NCBI RefSeq assembly: GCF_009914755.1
Contig: NC_060933.1
Length of the DNA stretch: 64,000 bases
Direction: 5' to 3' (one strand)
Origin: the human T2T-CHM13v2.0 reference genome, Homo sapiens
Under the pieces are notes generated by a model. The model searched no databases, was not told the origin of the DNA, and was given only the letters and a program-made list of their open reading frames with translations. The translations under genes were made by a program, and so were the position numbers. Positions 1 through 18,474 of this stretch are shown in pieces (the first letter of the stretch is position 1; the number at the start of each line of letters is the position of its first letter).

Positions 1-593
1 CCAGAATGGAAAGCAATAATAGGCCAGCATTTAGGTTTCAATCCTTATAAGTAAAGATCTCACACTATCAAAAAGCACCTACAAAAGGTGAAAGAGGTGG
101 CTGTCTCCTCAAACTTATAGGCATCAACATAAAGATACAAGCATTGTGAAACCTCAGGAAAATATGACACTACCAAAAGAAACCTAGAAAACTTCAGCAA
201 TAGAGTCAGAAAAATTGATGATCTATGAAATATCTGATACATGAGTCAAAATAACCCACTTAAAGAAGTTCAGGAAGTTGCAGAAAAATATGAATAGAAA
301 ATTAAATAAAAATTGAAAAACAATTTCGGAAAAAAATATTTAACAGAAAAATAGTAATAGTTTTTATAATGCAATAGAGTTCTTGAAAATAAAGAATATA
401 ATTATGAACAGAAAAACTCATTATAAAGCTTCAAAAGCAAACTTGTTCAAAAAGGAAAGAATTACTGAGCTGGAAGACAGCACATATGAAATTACCCAAT
501 CAGAGAAGAAAAAGAAAAAAAAAAACTAACCTCTGCATAATTGGAACCCCCAAAGGAAAGGAGAAATAAAAGAGCTTAGCAAGCATGTTTAAG

Positions 594-990
<397 letters not shown>

Positions 991-1062
991 TCAGAGGTCA
1001 CCAGTCAAATTCAGTCCTATGAGGAATTCCCCAAGGTACATCAGAATCAACTTAGTAAATAT

Positions 1063-1066
<4 letters not shown>

Positions 1067-1110
<44 letters not shown>
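1067..1110. repeat. (CA)22 microsatellite
   Basis: Perfect dinucleotide run read directly. Confidence 0.97.
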
Positions 1111-1112
<2 letters not shown>

Positions 1113-4100
1113 TTGTTCAAAACATCAAGAAAAAAGAAACATATCACATTCAAGCGTGCTCTAATATGGCTTTCAGTGGGCTTTTAGGAGAAACCCTGCA
1201 GGCCAGGAAAAAAGTAGAATGCTAAATTCAAAGTGCTGAAGGTAAAAAACAACAACAACAACAACAAAAAAAAACTCTTAGCCAAGAATACTGTACTCAA
1301 CAAAGCTATTCTTAAAACACAAAGAACAGATTAAGACATTACACTACCAGACCAACAAAAGTTGAGAGAATTCATCCACAGCAGACCTGTCACAAGAAAT
1401 GCTAAAGAAATAGATACTAATATGTAACAATAAAACATCTGAAGCTATAAAACTCACTGGTAAATACAAGAAGCCACATTTGTAATACTCTAATTCTATA
1501 ATTGTGCAAGTAAACCATTTATATGTCAAGTATAAAGACTAGAAGACAAAAGTATTAAAGACAATGATAACTATAGTAATTGGTTAAGAGATAGGCAATA
1601 TAAAAATAGGTAAATTGAAACATCAAAAAATTAAAATGTGGGGGGAAAATAATTTTGTTTTCAGTACTTTCCTTTGCAATCAATGTTAAGTTGATATCAG
1701 CTTTAAAAAATCTGTAATAACTAAAAGATTTTTTTTGTAATCTTCATGTGAACCTCAAGGCAAAAACCCACAATAGATACACTAAGCAACATAGAATGAA
1801 AACATTCTACTAAAGAAACTCACTTAACTACAAAAGAAGACAGCAAGAGATGAATAAAAGAAAGGGTCTATAAAATAACCAAAAACCAAGTAACAAAATG
1901 GCAATTGTAAACCCTTACCTATCAATAATAACCTTGAATGCAAATAGATTATATTATCCAATTAACAGAAGGAGTAACTACATGATTTAAAAACAGGATC
2001 CAACTATATGCTGTCTATCTGAAACTCAATTTGCCTATAAAGATATGTACAGACTGAAAGCGAAGGGTTGGAAAAAGATATCCCATGGAAAACAAACAAA
2101 CAAAAAAGCAGGAGACATTATACTTACGTCACATAAAATAGATGTTAAGTAAGAAATGATTTTAAAAAGATAAGGAAGACTATTACATAATAATACTCAG
2201 AATAATAAAGGTGTCAATATGGCAAGAGAATATAATAATTGGAAATATATATGCACCCAACAATGAAAGACTCAAATGTATAAAACAAAGACTAATAGAC
2301 TAAAAGACAGAGATTGATTGTAATACAGTAGTAGTAGGAAACATCAACACTCTACTTTCAGCAATAGACAGATCATCCAGACAGAAAATCAACACTGAAA
2401 CATTGGAGTTAAACTGCACTCCAGACCAAATGGACCAAACAGACATCTATGGAACATTCCATCCAACAGCAGAAGGAAACACATTTTTCTCAATAGCACA
2501 TAGAACATTATTCAGTGTAGACCATATATTAGGTCATAAAACAAGTATTTTAAATTTTTAAAAATAAAAATTATATCAACTATCTTTTCTGACCACAATG
2601 GAATAGAATTAGAAATCAATAACTGAAGGAATATTGGAAACTGGACAAATTTATAGAAATTAAACCATGTGCTCCTGAACAAGTGGGTCAATGAAAGAAA
2701 TTCAAAAGAAAACTTAAAAATTCCTTAAGACAAATGAAAATGAAAACACAACATACCAAAGCCTATGGGATACAGCAAAAGTAGTTCTAAGAGTGATGTT
2801 TATAGCAATAAACACATACATCAAAAAAGCAGAAAATCTTAAATAACCTAATGATGCATCTCAAGGAGCCAGAAATGCAAGAACAAATCAAACCCAAAAT
2901 TAGTAGAAGGAAAGAAGTAATAAACATCACAGCAGAAATAAATGAAATTGAACCTAAAGAAATAAAGAATTAATTAAACAAGTTGGAGTTTTTTTTAAAA
3001 AAGATGCATGAAATTGACAAACCTCTAGCTATACTAAGAAAAAGAGAAGACCCAAATAATTCAGAGACAAAAAAGGAAACATTATAACTGATATCACAGA
3101 AATACAAAGGATCATAAGAGACTAATATGAAAAACTATACACCAACAAAATGCAAAACCTAGAAGAAGTGGATAGAAGCCTAACGGATTGAACTATGAAG
3201 AAACGGAAAACCTAAAAAGACCAAAAAAGAGCTATGAGATCGAAGCAGTAATGAAAAGGTTTTATCAAAGAAAAGTGCAGGACCTGATGTTACTGCATCA
3301 GCAACAATGCTCAATGTTACCAAACATTTACAAAAAATTAATATGAATTCTACTTAATCTTTTAAAAATAATTGAAGAGGAGAGAATATTTCCACATTCA
3401 TTCTAAGAGGCCAGCATTACACTGGTAACAAAACCAGACAAAGATAGAACAACAAGAACAACAACAACAACAGAAAACTACAGGCTAATAACACTGATGA
3501 CGGTAAATTTAAAAACCTTCAACAAAATACTAGTAAACCAAATTCAACAATACAGCAAAGAGGTAATACAGCTATAGCTTCTGTCTACATGAGGCTTATA
3601 TTCTATTGGGGGATACAAGAAGTAAACAAGTAATAATAAACACATAATTTCATAGTGCAAGTGCTGTAAAGAAAGGTAAATGTTATCAAATATTATTGGC
3701 CCAACTAATTTAAGTCTAGAAATAGTCAAGAGACTTAAAATGCCTTATAACATGTGACTATAAACAAAATTTCTTTTTCTTCTGTTGGAAAAACAGCAAA
3801 TATGATTTAGTTCAGAATTTTAAGAACGATGTGAGCAGAAAGAATAGTGGGAGATATGTTCATCAAGTGAAAGTAAAAGGCAGCACTTCTAATGATCCTG
3901 GCATTGTCTCCGGCTCTGTGAGGAAAAGAAAATAAGGTCCCTGGGGTCAGCTAAGGAGCTCAGAATAAGCTCCTAGCTGAGTTCTCTGGATATGGTTAAT
4001 TCCATAGGATATTTTTTACCATGTCACAAGAATTGTGGGCTTTTTCAGACATGTTAGTATGTCTTCTATCAAATATTTTCCAGAGAGGCAAATATATTTC

Positions 4101-6389
4101 CTGCATTATCTACAGTTGTGTTCCACATAATTAAGATGTGTGACAACTGTCTATATTTATGTGTTCCAAGAAGGCAGTCTGCCAGTTAATGCAAGAAAGA
4201 AAATGTCATTTGTTCTACATTCTGCCTACCGTACCACCCAAATCAGCTGCTCCTGGCTCTGCTCAAGACCTAGAGATCCATGGGGAAGAATACATGGTGG
4301 TTAGGTGGCCTATACTTTCTGCCGTGGCTGAGCAAGTTTACAAAATCTTTCCAGCGAATACCAGGAAAAAGCATGTTTTCCAGCAACCTCAAGTCATGCA
4401 AGCGCTTTTCTTACAGGACAAACCTAGTCTTTCTGAAACCATCTGTACCATAGCAGAGTGCAGGGCATCAGTTATTTTAGCGGGCCTGTTCTAGACTACT
4501 ACCTGAAAGCAGCTAAGGTTTGAAGTCAAATCTGTACCAATTAAAATTATTCCTGTTTTCTTTATAATTGGACAATTATAACCTTTTCCACCACCTAGCC
4601 TCAAGCAGTTTCAGGTCTTTAATTTTCTTCATCCCTCAAATAGAACTAACTAGTAATATTTGTACTCCCTTATTATCTTAGATGATTTTTATCTTTCTAG
4701 AGTAGATAACTATGTTTCAGTAACTTTAGTGTTGATTCCAGTCTATTATTGTCACCTATAAGGTAGAATGCAAACTATACAATTGCACCAAGATGTTTAG
4801 AAATACCTAGTCCCTCTGGACAAGAACTGAATATTGGGAGATGCCAACAGGTCATATGGAGAACCTGGATGGGAACTTGCTAAGACAAACATGCTTCAAG
4901 TAGACGTCAAAGTCATTGACTGCTTTCATATCTCTTGTACATATTTTCCTCCACACCACACCCTCTCAAGTAATTATGTTGGCTAGAGGCCTGAATTATT
5001 TAAGTGAGGCATATTTTCAGTGAGAGAAGTTATTTCTGTGACCTATATATGTCTTAGATCCAACATACATAGCTTTGAAACAATCTGAAGTTATACAATT
5101 GCCTGTCTCCCATATGAAGCTTGTGGGCTTCACAAACATAATACATTTTCTCAAGTTCTCTTAAAACAAGATTGGTCTTGTTCTTCAAGTTATCTCAGCA
5201 GCTCAAATGAATGTGAACAATAAACTGGAATCCTGGTGCTAGAAACCTAAAGCTTTTTATTTTACCCAAGACCAAACCTGTATGTCTTCGAGGGGAGGAA
5301 TATGAAGAAAGAGAACTTTGCCATTAGAGCCTTCCCTTTTTCTATCTGCTCATAGTTGACAGTTCTCAGCCAGTTTCTTTGAAACTATGCTGTTATTCTA
5401 TCCCAACTGTGAAAAAAAGAACCATAACCTAGAATTATTTTTTGTCCCACTCCTGTAGACTCTAAATTACCAACTGGTAAATGTCATCAAGTCAGTCACA
5501 AGCCAGTAGAAAAGAAAGAGAAAACTGCCACTAAGCAACAGAAGATATTTCTATTTCTACTTTGTTTTCTAGACTACTAGTGACCAATAGTGTGAAATTC
5601 AAGCAAGGCCAAAGGGATATCATCTCAAGCAAGGTGGAATACTTATGCACCCCTTAGAATCCAAACAAGTAATCTACCTTATGAGATGCCTAACCACCTC
5701 AAAGTTGGAAACAAGTCCTACATGCCAGCTGTCACTTACTAAGTCTTCATTTATGTCATCTAAAAATCAACTATTTGAATCACCTAGTCTTCTGTAGGGG
5801 AGTAATGTTGAATTAGAAACAGTTTGATCAATATTTGCGGTTATCTAGCCACATGTGTAAGTCCCTACAATGAACTACAAGGTTGGGAATTAAAGGAAAA
5901 AAAAACCCCACTGCCCTAAACATCTCTTCTTCACACTGCCTGAGTATGCCACTTTCCCTCTTCTCAGGTGTGAAATGCTACCAAATCAAGGTTCGTTTGG
6001 GTTAACAAGCCTATTTTTATAGGTAAATAACTCTAAAAGGATTCATTTAACAATTAAGTCCTTTATGGAGAGTACACAGGCTGCCTTAGTCAAATTACTT
6101 CTCTCCTAAACTCTAGTTGATATATCCCCAGAGTAATGAGTACTTTAATAGCAGAAACATAGAAAAAAGAAGAGCAATTTCAGAATATGAGGAGAGGGCT
6201 TTAAGTAAAGACATGCTTGGGTAGGACATTAAAATGGAGGAAAGATGTTTAGAGCAGCCAAAAGGGATGGGATAAGTGAAGGGAAAAGAAAGGTAAAGAT
6301 GACAAAAGATAGATACTTCAAAAATTGTTTCTGGACTCTCCATACTCCCAGTTTTCAGTGTAATACTGCCTCTTGACTATTTAGATATG

Positions 6390-6750
6390 CTATTATCTTT
6401 TGGGCCATATCTTTAAAATACCATAAGCTGGGAGGTTTATAAACAACAGACATTTCTTTCTCACAGATCACGAGGCTGGAAGTCAGAGGTCAGGCTGCCA
6501 ACATGGTCAGTTGTTAAGGGCCCTATTCCAGATTTCAGATGGACGACTTCTCCCTGTCCTTTCACCTCGCAGAAAGAGAGCACAAGAACTTTCTGGAGCC
6601 CCTTCAATAAGGACACTAATTCCATTTGTGAGGTCTATACCCTTATAACCTAATTACTTCCCAGAGGCCCAATTCCTAATACTACCACGTTAGAGACTAG
6701 GATTTCAACATATGAATATGGGGGAGACAGAAACATTTGGTCCATTACGA
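6390..6750 (-). mobile_element. MLT1A0-like MaLR solo LTR
   Basis: Reverse complement matches the recalled MLT1A/A0 consensus (+ strand TTTATAAACAACAGACATTTCTTTCTCACAG ... GGATTTCAACATATGAAT ... AAACATTTGGTCCAT). Confidence 0.85.
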
Positions 6751-6875
6751 GTAGGCATCAGTTAACAGATTACACAAAAGATAAAACTCAAAAGCAGCCT
6801 TACTCTCTTCATACACCATATCAACAGATCATCTCAAAATCCATCAATTATGTGATTTAAAAATCTCCATATATT

Positions 6876-7150
6876 GGCCAGGTGTGGTGGTTCAAGCCTG
6901 TAATCCTAGCACTTTGGGAGGCTGAGGCAGGTGGACAGCTTGAGCGCAAGAGTTTGAGACCAGCCTGGGCAACATGACAAAAACCCCATCTCTACAAAAA
7001 ATAGAAAAATTAACTGGGCACCTGTAGTCCCAGCTACTCAGGAGGCTGAGGTGGGAGGATCACCTGAATCCAGAAGGCCAAGGCTGCAGTGAATCATGAT
7101 TGCACCACAGTACTCCTGCCTGGATGTCAGAGTAAGGCACTGTCTCAAAA
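6876..7150 (+). mobile_element. AluJ-type element with small internal deletion and eroded tail
   Basis: Alu dimer with J-type features (GCTTGAGC..AGAGTTTGAGACCAGCCTGGGCAACAT, GAGGTGGGAGGATCAC, AAGGCTGCAGTGA). Confidence 0.93.
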
Positions 7151-9514
7151 CATTTCCATGTATCTTTATATTTCAAATTTTGGTAACAGCTAAAAGGAAT
7201 AAAATCCTTTTCTGATGATTTTCAATGGCCTTACTGATTTAAAAAGAGAAAAAGTAAGTCTAAAGGCATGAGTTTGTAAAGGTGGGTTGTCAGTATATGA
7301 GTCAAATGTGGGGCATTATCTTAATTCACTGTCTCACGCTTATATTACTCAGACCATTATTCTAGTCAGCCAAGGCCAAAAATGAACATATTTTCAGACT
7401 CAAGTACAAACCATCTTTCCTTGAATATTCTAGAGGTTTGACAGGCCTCGAAAGAAGTACCTAAGTGTATGGGAGGCCTAAGAAAATCAGTTTTTACCAG
7501 ATTCAAGAATCAAATGAAGGCATTTTAACTCTATTACCTACTCTGCAGTTCAAATACATTTGCCAAGAGATTATTTATAGTTGTGGACAATGAAAATATG
7601 ATCTGTAAACTGCCTGTGGTGAGAGTTGCTTTAAGAATCACAAACCTGGGTGGAGGGAGCCGTATGGTGACGCTCAGCAGCACAGTGACACAGCAGGCTG
7701 AGAGAGAACTCCAGAGACTTCTGTTTTCATAGCAGCTCTGCCCCCACAGCCTTGCCACATAACCCTGGGCAGTCTTTTAACCTGTTCCAGATGTACTTTC
7801 CTCCATAGTTTGTGAGTTAATCAGCAGCTCTTGGAAAGAAATACTAATTTAAATAATTTGTAAACAAAAGGTTTTATAGAGTACAGCAAACAATAAATAG
7901 CAAGGCTTTAAACTCTTGATAGCATGAGTGAATCAGCTCCAAATCACTTATCCTACCCTATCAAAGGTAATCATTGGGCAGTTTTTAACAAGATACTCAC
8001 ATCTACTGTCCAGCCAAGCCTTCCCAGCCACTCTCAGTTGTAAAACTTAAAGATCTTAAAATTGGTATCTGAGTCTGTATCCCAAACCCACCAAACAAGT
8101 AGAGTCTGGAATTTACAACTTTTCCTAGGGCCTGATAACGACGGTTGCTTAGTGGCTTCCATGCACACTAGACCTGGAGCCAATGAGACCCAGATTCAAC
8201 AGCTGACTAGAAACCCATATTCCCGCCAAGGGAAGTAGAAAACTTTCAAAACCAGTTTCAAACGGGAGGGAACTAGTTTCAAAACGGATGTTTCAGGATT
8301 GGGGCATTAATTTCCTCTTTAGTTTCTGGAGAGAGGCCAGAAAAAACATTTTAAAGACAATATAACCTTCATCATGTATGGCCAGTATAGAAGAATCACC
8401 TTTCAATCTACCATTTTGACCTAAACCCTGATCTATGTCAGTCCTTCATCTGCCTTTCCATGTCCTCAACTTTGAGGCTGGGTCAATTGCTGCTTCTTGT
8501 ATCCCTATTTTTTCTACAATTTATAGCACTCTGGGAAAAAAATCTGAGTAAAAACAATATTCTGTAATTGTTACGGCCTACCTGGATTTTCCCACTGTGA
8601 TCCAGCACCCTGATTTCAATCATCAGTCAAGTTTCCTCAGTCCAAATTCCCATCTATGTCAACGGCCAGAGATTCTAGTGGTGGTTATTTTTAATCATGA
8701 CTTCGTGAAAATGATGAAGAAATTCTCTGAAAATGCCTTTATTTGCATTGATGGAATGAAAACTATGTTTATGCAATTTATTGTATAGCTAACTTGAGCA
8801 TACTCACATGCAATTATTATAGTGGGAGGTTTGGAATACACATTCAGCTCCTCTACATTAAGAGGTTAATGAAAACCTTTTGCCAGCATGTCAAAAGTGG
8901 TATTAGTTCTAATTCAGCATGGTGTTTTTCTCCGTGCCACATGTAGGCCCTGCTTACCCTCCTTTGTGGGCCCCATGCTGTGTTTATTCATAGTAGTCTA
9001 GGCTGAACAAACATGTTTTCTTTTTAATCACAGTACTTATTTACAGTCTCTTTATGAAAACTGCTTAGAGTTAAATTTAAATACTAGCTTTAATAATTGT
9101 ATTTCCAGATAGGATTTTTTTCCCCTCAACACACTCTGGAGAATATCTGCCACTAATTAGTCCTTATATTGTTTACTTGATGCAGTAGTTCATCTCCCAC
9201 ACCTGAGTGCCCCATGCAATTGGTGCCGGGCATGAGTTCTGCATATTTCTGTGATGGAAGCCATGTTCAACTCTGATCCCTTTAATGAAGAAAAAATAGC
9301 TTCTGGAATGAGGTTACAAGCTAACAATGTGCTCACTCACTTTGTGAAAAAATGGACACAATAACTTCATCTCTATACCACAATTAATATCCCTCTCATC
9401 TATAGCAACTCAGGGAAGCTACTACTTAACCACTGCCTACCCAAAATCATAATGGCTAACATCAACCCAGGAACCTCTCTTTCTCCTACTATTCTGTTCC
9501 TCGTTAAACATCCA

Positions 9515-9585
9515 AGCTTCATTCATTCATTCAAAAAATATTTGAGCACTTATTATATGCCAGACACTGGGCTAGGCACTAGTTT
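9515..9585 (-). mobile_element. L2 3' end fragment
   Basis: ATTCATTCATTCAAAAAATATTTGAGCACTTATTATATGCCAGACACTGGGCTAGGCACT is the reverse complement of the typical L2 terminus. Confidence 0.7.
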
Positions 9586-11667
9586 AATTAAAAAGTTTAC
9601 CACTACTTTACTCCATCTAGATGTGACCCAACTATGCCCTTGAATATCTGCACCAGATAATATCACCTGTGAATTGTCTGCAAACTTCAGACTTGGTGTT
9701 TTAGATTGCTGGTCACTCTCAGGAGGTTCAGGCTTCAACTTTCCAGTTTCAGACCAAGCTTGTTCCTTCCTTGAGGGAGTTCAAGGCATGGTCTTGATTA
9801 AAGACTTCCAGAAAGAGTCCATACAATTGAGAGTTAAGAGCAGCTTTAACCAAAACCTTGGGGCTGCTTACCTACTCAAGGTTTCTTCAAGTGTGTCATT
9901 CTTTCTGACTCAGGTTGTTATAACACCCTCTCATCTTCCTTTAACCCTCCAGCTCCCCATCTGTTCTCCAGAGGAAAAACTCTTTTTCTCTCTACATCTA
10001 TCTCCATGGCTTTAGGTCAAACCACTGACATCACAGCTACCTACCACCGGGAGCCCATATTGCCCTCAGCAATAAGCAATTCTGGCATCCCTGATGCTTT
10101 TCCCTCAAGACTTGATTTATCATTCTTGCTTCGGGTCAAAACTGCTGAAGTTATAACTTCTTTACAATCCTTAAGCTTAACTTAGCTCTATCCCTAAGTA
10201 ACTCTCACCTCTTTCCTCTCTTAAGTTTGCGCTATACTCACTAAAAATATCTTAGATTTTCTATCCTTCCTTCTAATGTTTGCTGAACTACAAAGAGAAA
10301 TGGTTTGCACAGTGTCCAGAAAGAGAACACAAAAGGGGAACATTTATAAACACATACTTAGCCCCATCCAGGGAAGAGCATGCCCTGAAGAGCCAACAAG
10401 CCTGGTTTAGTGTTTATGGTCTGCTTATATTGTTGAAAACCCCAAGCTATAGTGTCTTTAAGATGCCAGCCATCTAGATAATACCACTTATGCTAGTGTT
10501 TCCTATTACAAGCTTACCAAGCAGTCTCCTAGTTTTAGCTTGCCTGTCCACATATCTTTTCCCACAGTGTACACATCACCTGACACAAGTCTATCGATTT
10601 GCTTAGAAGCTAAATTTCTTATTATAAATGTATACATTATTCTGGTTAGTTCACTCTTTAACAAGTTTTATTAGTGTACCTCATCTTCTAGAACAGATCA
10701 CTTCTGAAAAATATAAACACTCAAATTTCTAGACATGAATTTTTTTGTCCCCAACTTCAGACTTTTGGAGACTCATAAAGGTATATAGTTAACTGGGTTA
10801 AATGCAGAACTTGGCTACATCCCTGGGAGTGCCTTAACTCACACCTGAGTTCTTTATGTCTTATTTTCAACCTCTATTTCCACAAAATTATAAACTCACA
10901 GACATACATATATGCATATATATCAATGATTTTTCTGTTAATTTCATTGGAACATATTACTTAAACTGTCTGAGTTCATCTTTTTTAAAATTCCTTGTAA
11001 TGACTAATATTAGCATCTCTAAATTTAAATCCTGAGTCATTTTACTTGGCCAATGTTTGATACATTTGTGAAAGTACTGGTTTCTTCGCAAAGTCTGGGA
11101 TGTCCCCAAATTTTAAGCCAAGAATTCCTCTGAGGAACCCATTAACATTTTATTAAGGAAAAATCAATGCAATGTTTCCTGCTAGCAAGCATAATATATT
11201 TCTAACTACCTCTTCTTTATTTTCTTAAATCTCCTGTCTTTCCAGATTATTGCTTGAAAACTATCTTTCTTCAAGGCATCATCAATTGAGTTAGATTGGC
11301 CTACCTCAGCAGGCATCCTTATATTGGGCTTGTCTTTCTTAGCTGTTGATTTTTCTCTGAACCTACTATATTTATTGAATTCTTTCTACATAATGTCTTT
11401 TGGAAACCTTTTATCCATAAAGATTCCAGCCCTTTGCTGTCTTTTAGGAATTGCCAAAATTAAAGATTTTTGTGCTTGTATAATTCATGTTTGACTATTC
11501 CAGTCTTTGCTTTACTTTTAAATACTTCTACTTCCTCCCTCCCCCTTGTTATCTCACTGGTCTAATCTGTGCAGTAAGATGAAGGCATAAATGTCTGAAT
11601 TATAGATTTAGGTGTAGATAGAAATACCTACTGATATCACAGCATGCCTTATTCATTGTTTCTGTGG

Positions 11668-11684
11668 ACACACACACAAACACA

Positions 11685-11716
<32 letters not shown>
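11668..11716. repeat. Imperfect (CA)n microsatellite
   Basis: Read directly. Confidence 0.95.
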
Positions 11717-11718
<2 letters not shown>

Positions 11719-11841
11719 GAAAGGTAAAGAGTATCAAAGAAGTCCCTGAAGGTAGCTGCACCTATGCTGGACTTTTAAGAAGATTGTTTTTACTGCATTT
11801 GGGTAGACTACATCAAAGTTCTGTCAGATTACCTCTTAGTA

Positions 11842-12159
11842 GGCCAGGTGCAGTGGCTCATGCCTGGAATCCTAACAGTTTGGGAGGACAAGGCAGGAGG
11901 AATGCTTGAGGCTAGGAATTCGAGACCAGCCTGGGCAACACAATGAGACCCCATCTCTACAAAAAATACAAAAATTAGCTGGACATAGTGGCACGTGCAC
12001 ACAGTCTCAGCTGCTTGGGTGGCTGAGGCAGGAGGATTGCTTCAGCCCAGGGGCGGAGGCGGTAATGAGCCATGATTAAACCACTGCACTCTGGCCTGGG
12101 TGACAGAGTGAGAGCCAAGCTGGAAATGGCACAATCATAACTCATGGCTCATTTTTTCT

Positions 12160-12191
<32 letters not shown>

Positions 12192-12206
12192 CAAACAAAA
12201 AACAAT
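11842..12206 (+). mobile_element. AluJ-type element with an extra ~45 bp patch before the A-rich tail
   Basis: Alu dimer 11842-12113, then patch, then A/GAAAA/CAAA tail. TSD TCTTAGTAG (11834-11842 / 12207-12215). Confidence 0.93.
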
Positions 12207-13388
12207 TCTTAGTAGATTTCTAATCAGTCTCTGTAATGTACATAGAATTATTTTTAAAACACAACTTTGGCCTTGAAATATGATGGTGATTTCAATCCTT
12301 CCTGTCTCCCTTTCATGCAGAAAGTGAAACTCTTGAGATAAGAACAAACATCCAGCCTTTTCATATCTCTGGACCCCTTACTTTCTCTGAAGCTTCTTCT
12401 CCCAGAGCCTGTTTACTCCATATATTCCAGCTCTAAAAAGCTACTAGCTGCTAGTATTCCCAAATGGCCTTGGGCCCCTGCACATGTTGTTCCCTCCAAG
12501 TGTAATTCCCTTTCCTCCTATCTTACCCTGCAATTTTATTCACTTCTTCAAAGCATATTTTGTGTCCCTTCCTCTATTTAAGACTTTCCAGAATCTACAG
12601 TGACTATAGTCCTTATTTTGTGTTCCCATTATACTTTATAGACACTTCTACCAGGACCTTTGTAACTATTTTATTCATTTGCTTACATTATGCATCTCAT
12701 TTTAAGTCTCTAAGCCCCTTGAAGGGTCCATATGTTCATGCAAATCACATTTTACTCAGAATTCATGAAAGTGTCTTTGAATATAGATATACAGTACTCC
12801 ACAAAATTGTATTTGTTAATACCACAAGGCAAACAGTCCACTGATTCACAAGCATGAATTTGGAATTTGTTTTGGAGCAATGTAGAATTTCCCTATTCTT
12901 TAACAATCTTTGTTCAATTCTTTCAGGGCTTAAAATTACTCATTAGTAAAGTTATTAGTAGAAACTATGAATGTGGTCAAGAAGCAAGGTATACCCAGCT
13001 GGTATAGGTGACTCATGATCCAATAATAACCCTGTGTTCTCACCAGCAGAGCAGGTAATGCAGTACAGTCAATATACTAACAGATAACACTCATGCACAC
13101 ACACACACATGCTTTCTAGGCTCCCCATTCAGATTTGTTTATAAGATGACATCAAAGTGCAAAAAGTTAAGCATATCATATTTATCAAAGTAGAATTTCT
13201 AAATTTTAGCAAAAATCATCTCATCTAGCAAAGAGATATTTGACTGGAAATACATGTTAAAATTTTCCAGCAGTCCGAATCTCTGGAGATCTAGTAATAA
13301 AGAGGATCAAGAATAATGTATTAATACTATAAAACATTCTTGAGGTGGTCAGAAATCATGAAAACTTTGCCCAACATTACTTTTTGCG

Positions 13389-15930
<2,542 letters not shown>

Positions 15931-16489
15931 CCCATTATCTGTTAAATTCAAGTTTATAACTTTTTGTAACCAGTTCTTATTTTCTTTGAAATTACAGTAA
16001 TAATGTGATTTGGGGGAGTAAGGATAGCGTTATTTCTCTCTTTGATTCCCCCAGAAATAGAAGTGTACTTGTATATTATATTCAATATATATATATACTT
16101 ACTAAATACATAAAATATATCATTATCACTTTCTGTTTCATAAATATAGATGAATATCTTTATAGATATTCATGATTCTAAGTGTAATATAAACAGACTC
16201 TCCAATAAAAACTCTTAACTGGAAAAGAACACCAAATAAGGGACAAAATAATCTAAATTAAAATATACTATTTTTTCAATTTTACATTTCTTGTTAAATA
16301 TCAGAATTTTATCAGTATTTTGTATAGTTTATTCAGCTTAGATCAGATCATATCCTTTTCTTTTTGGGGTTTATTAAATTATTTAGGCTTTCCTCATATT
16401 TATGGCTTTTGCCTCCCAAAATGGGATATTTCCACAATGTTCTTTCTCTCTCTTTGCTTTCTTCCTTATTAAAAATTATCTCAGACTCA

Positions 16490-16673
16490 GATTTCTCAAA
16501 GAACTAAAACTAGAACTATCATTCAATCCAACAATTCCACTACTGGGTATCTACCCAAAGGGAAATAATTTATTATATCAAAAACACACTTGCACTCATA
16601 CGTTTACCACAGCACTATTCACAATAGCAAAGATATGGAATCAACCTAAATGTAGCCATCAGTGGAGGGGTAA

Positions 16674-16718
<45 letters not shown>

Positions 16719-17100
16719 GTAATACTACTCAGCCATGTAAAAGAATGGAATCACGTCTTTTGCAGCAATGTGAACAGAACTGGAAGCTGTTATCCTCAGG
16801 GAAATAACTCAGAACCCAAATACCACATGTTCTGACTTATAAGTGGGAGCTAAGCAAAGCAATGGATGCACATGAACATACAGAGTGGAATAACAGCTAT
16901 TGGAGACTACATGGTGGAAGGGGGATAAGAGTTGAATAATTATCTATTGAGTACAACGTTTCCATTCAGGTGATGGTTGTACTGAAAGCCCAGACAATAC
17001 CATAACACGATATATGCATGTGAGAAACCTAATTTGTACCTCATCAATATATAAAAATTGTAAAAATTAAAAAGTCAAAAACAATTTTCAAAATGTCAAG
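16490..17100 (+). mobile_element. 5'-truncated L1 (L1PB/L1MA-type 3' end)
   Basis: ORF2 C-terminal peptide [24 protein letters not shown] plus 3' UTR. 17 bp TSD AAATTATCTCAGACTCA (16473-16489 / 17101-17117) at a TT/AAAA site. Confidence 0.93.
16676..16715. repeat. (CA)n microsatellite within L1
   Basis: Read directly. Confidence 0.95.
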
Positions 17101-17140
17101 AAATTATCTCAGACTCAAATTAATCATTGTATTGCCAAAA

Positions 17141-18280
<1,140 letters not shown>

Positions 18281-18309
18281 ATTTTATTGCCAAAAGTATA
18301 TTCCTAACA

Positions 18310-18474
<165 letters not shown>

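Noticed and set aside
1400-3560. Similarity to 23940-26400 and 38800-40700 suggesting segmental duplication
   Set aside because: Explained by shared L1 ORF2 ancestry, with no shared flanks.
4159-4494. 111 aa ORF in unique sequence
   Set aside because: No recognisable domain or convincing splice structure. An ORF of this length is expected by chance in 64 kb.
7655-7800. Faint CORE-SINE (MIR/LF-SINE)-like segment
   Set aside because: Too diverged to assign by eye. Needs an nhmmer/Dfam search.
8945-8965. Minus-strand splice donor-like AGG/GTAAGC
   Set aside because: No matching strong acceptor or coding frame found. Isolated donors are common.
9674-10015. 113 aa ORF
   Set aside because: Non-ATG start, no recognisable homology, adjacent to L2-like sequence.
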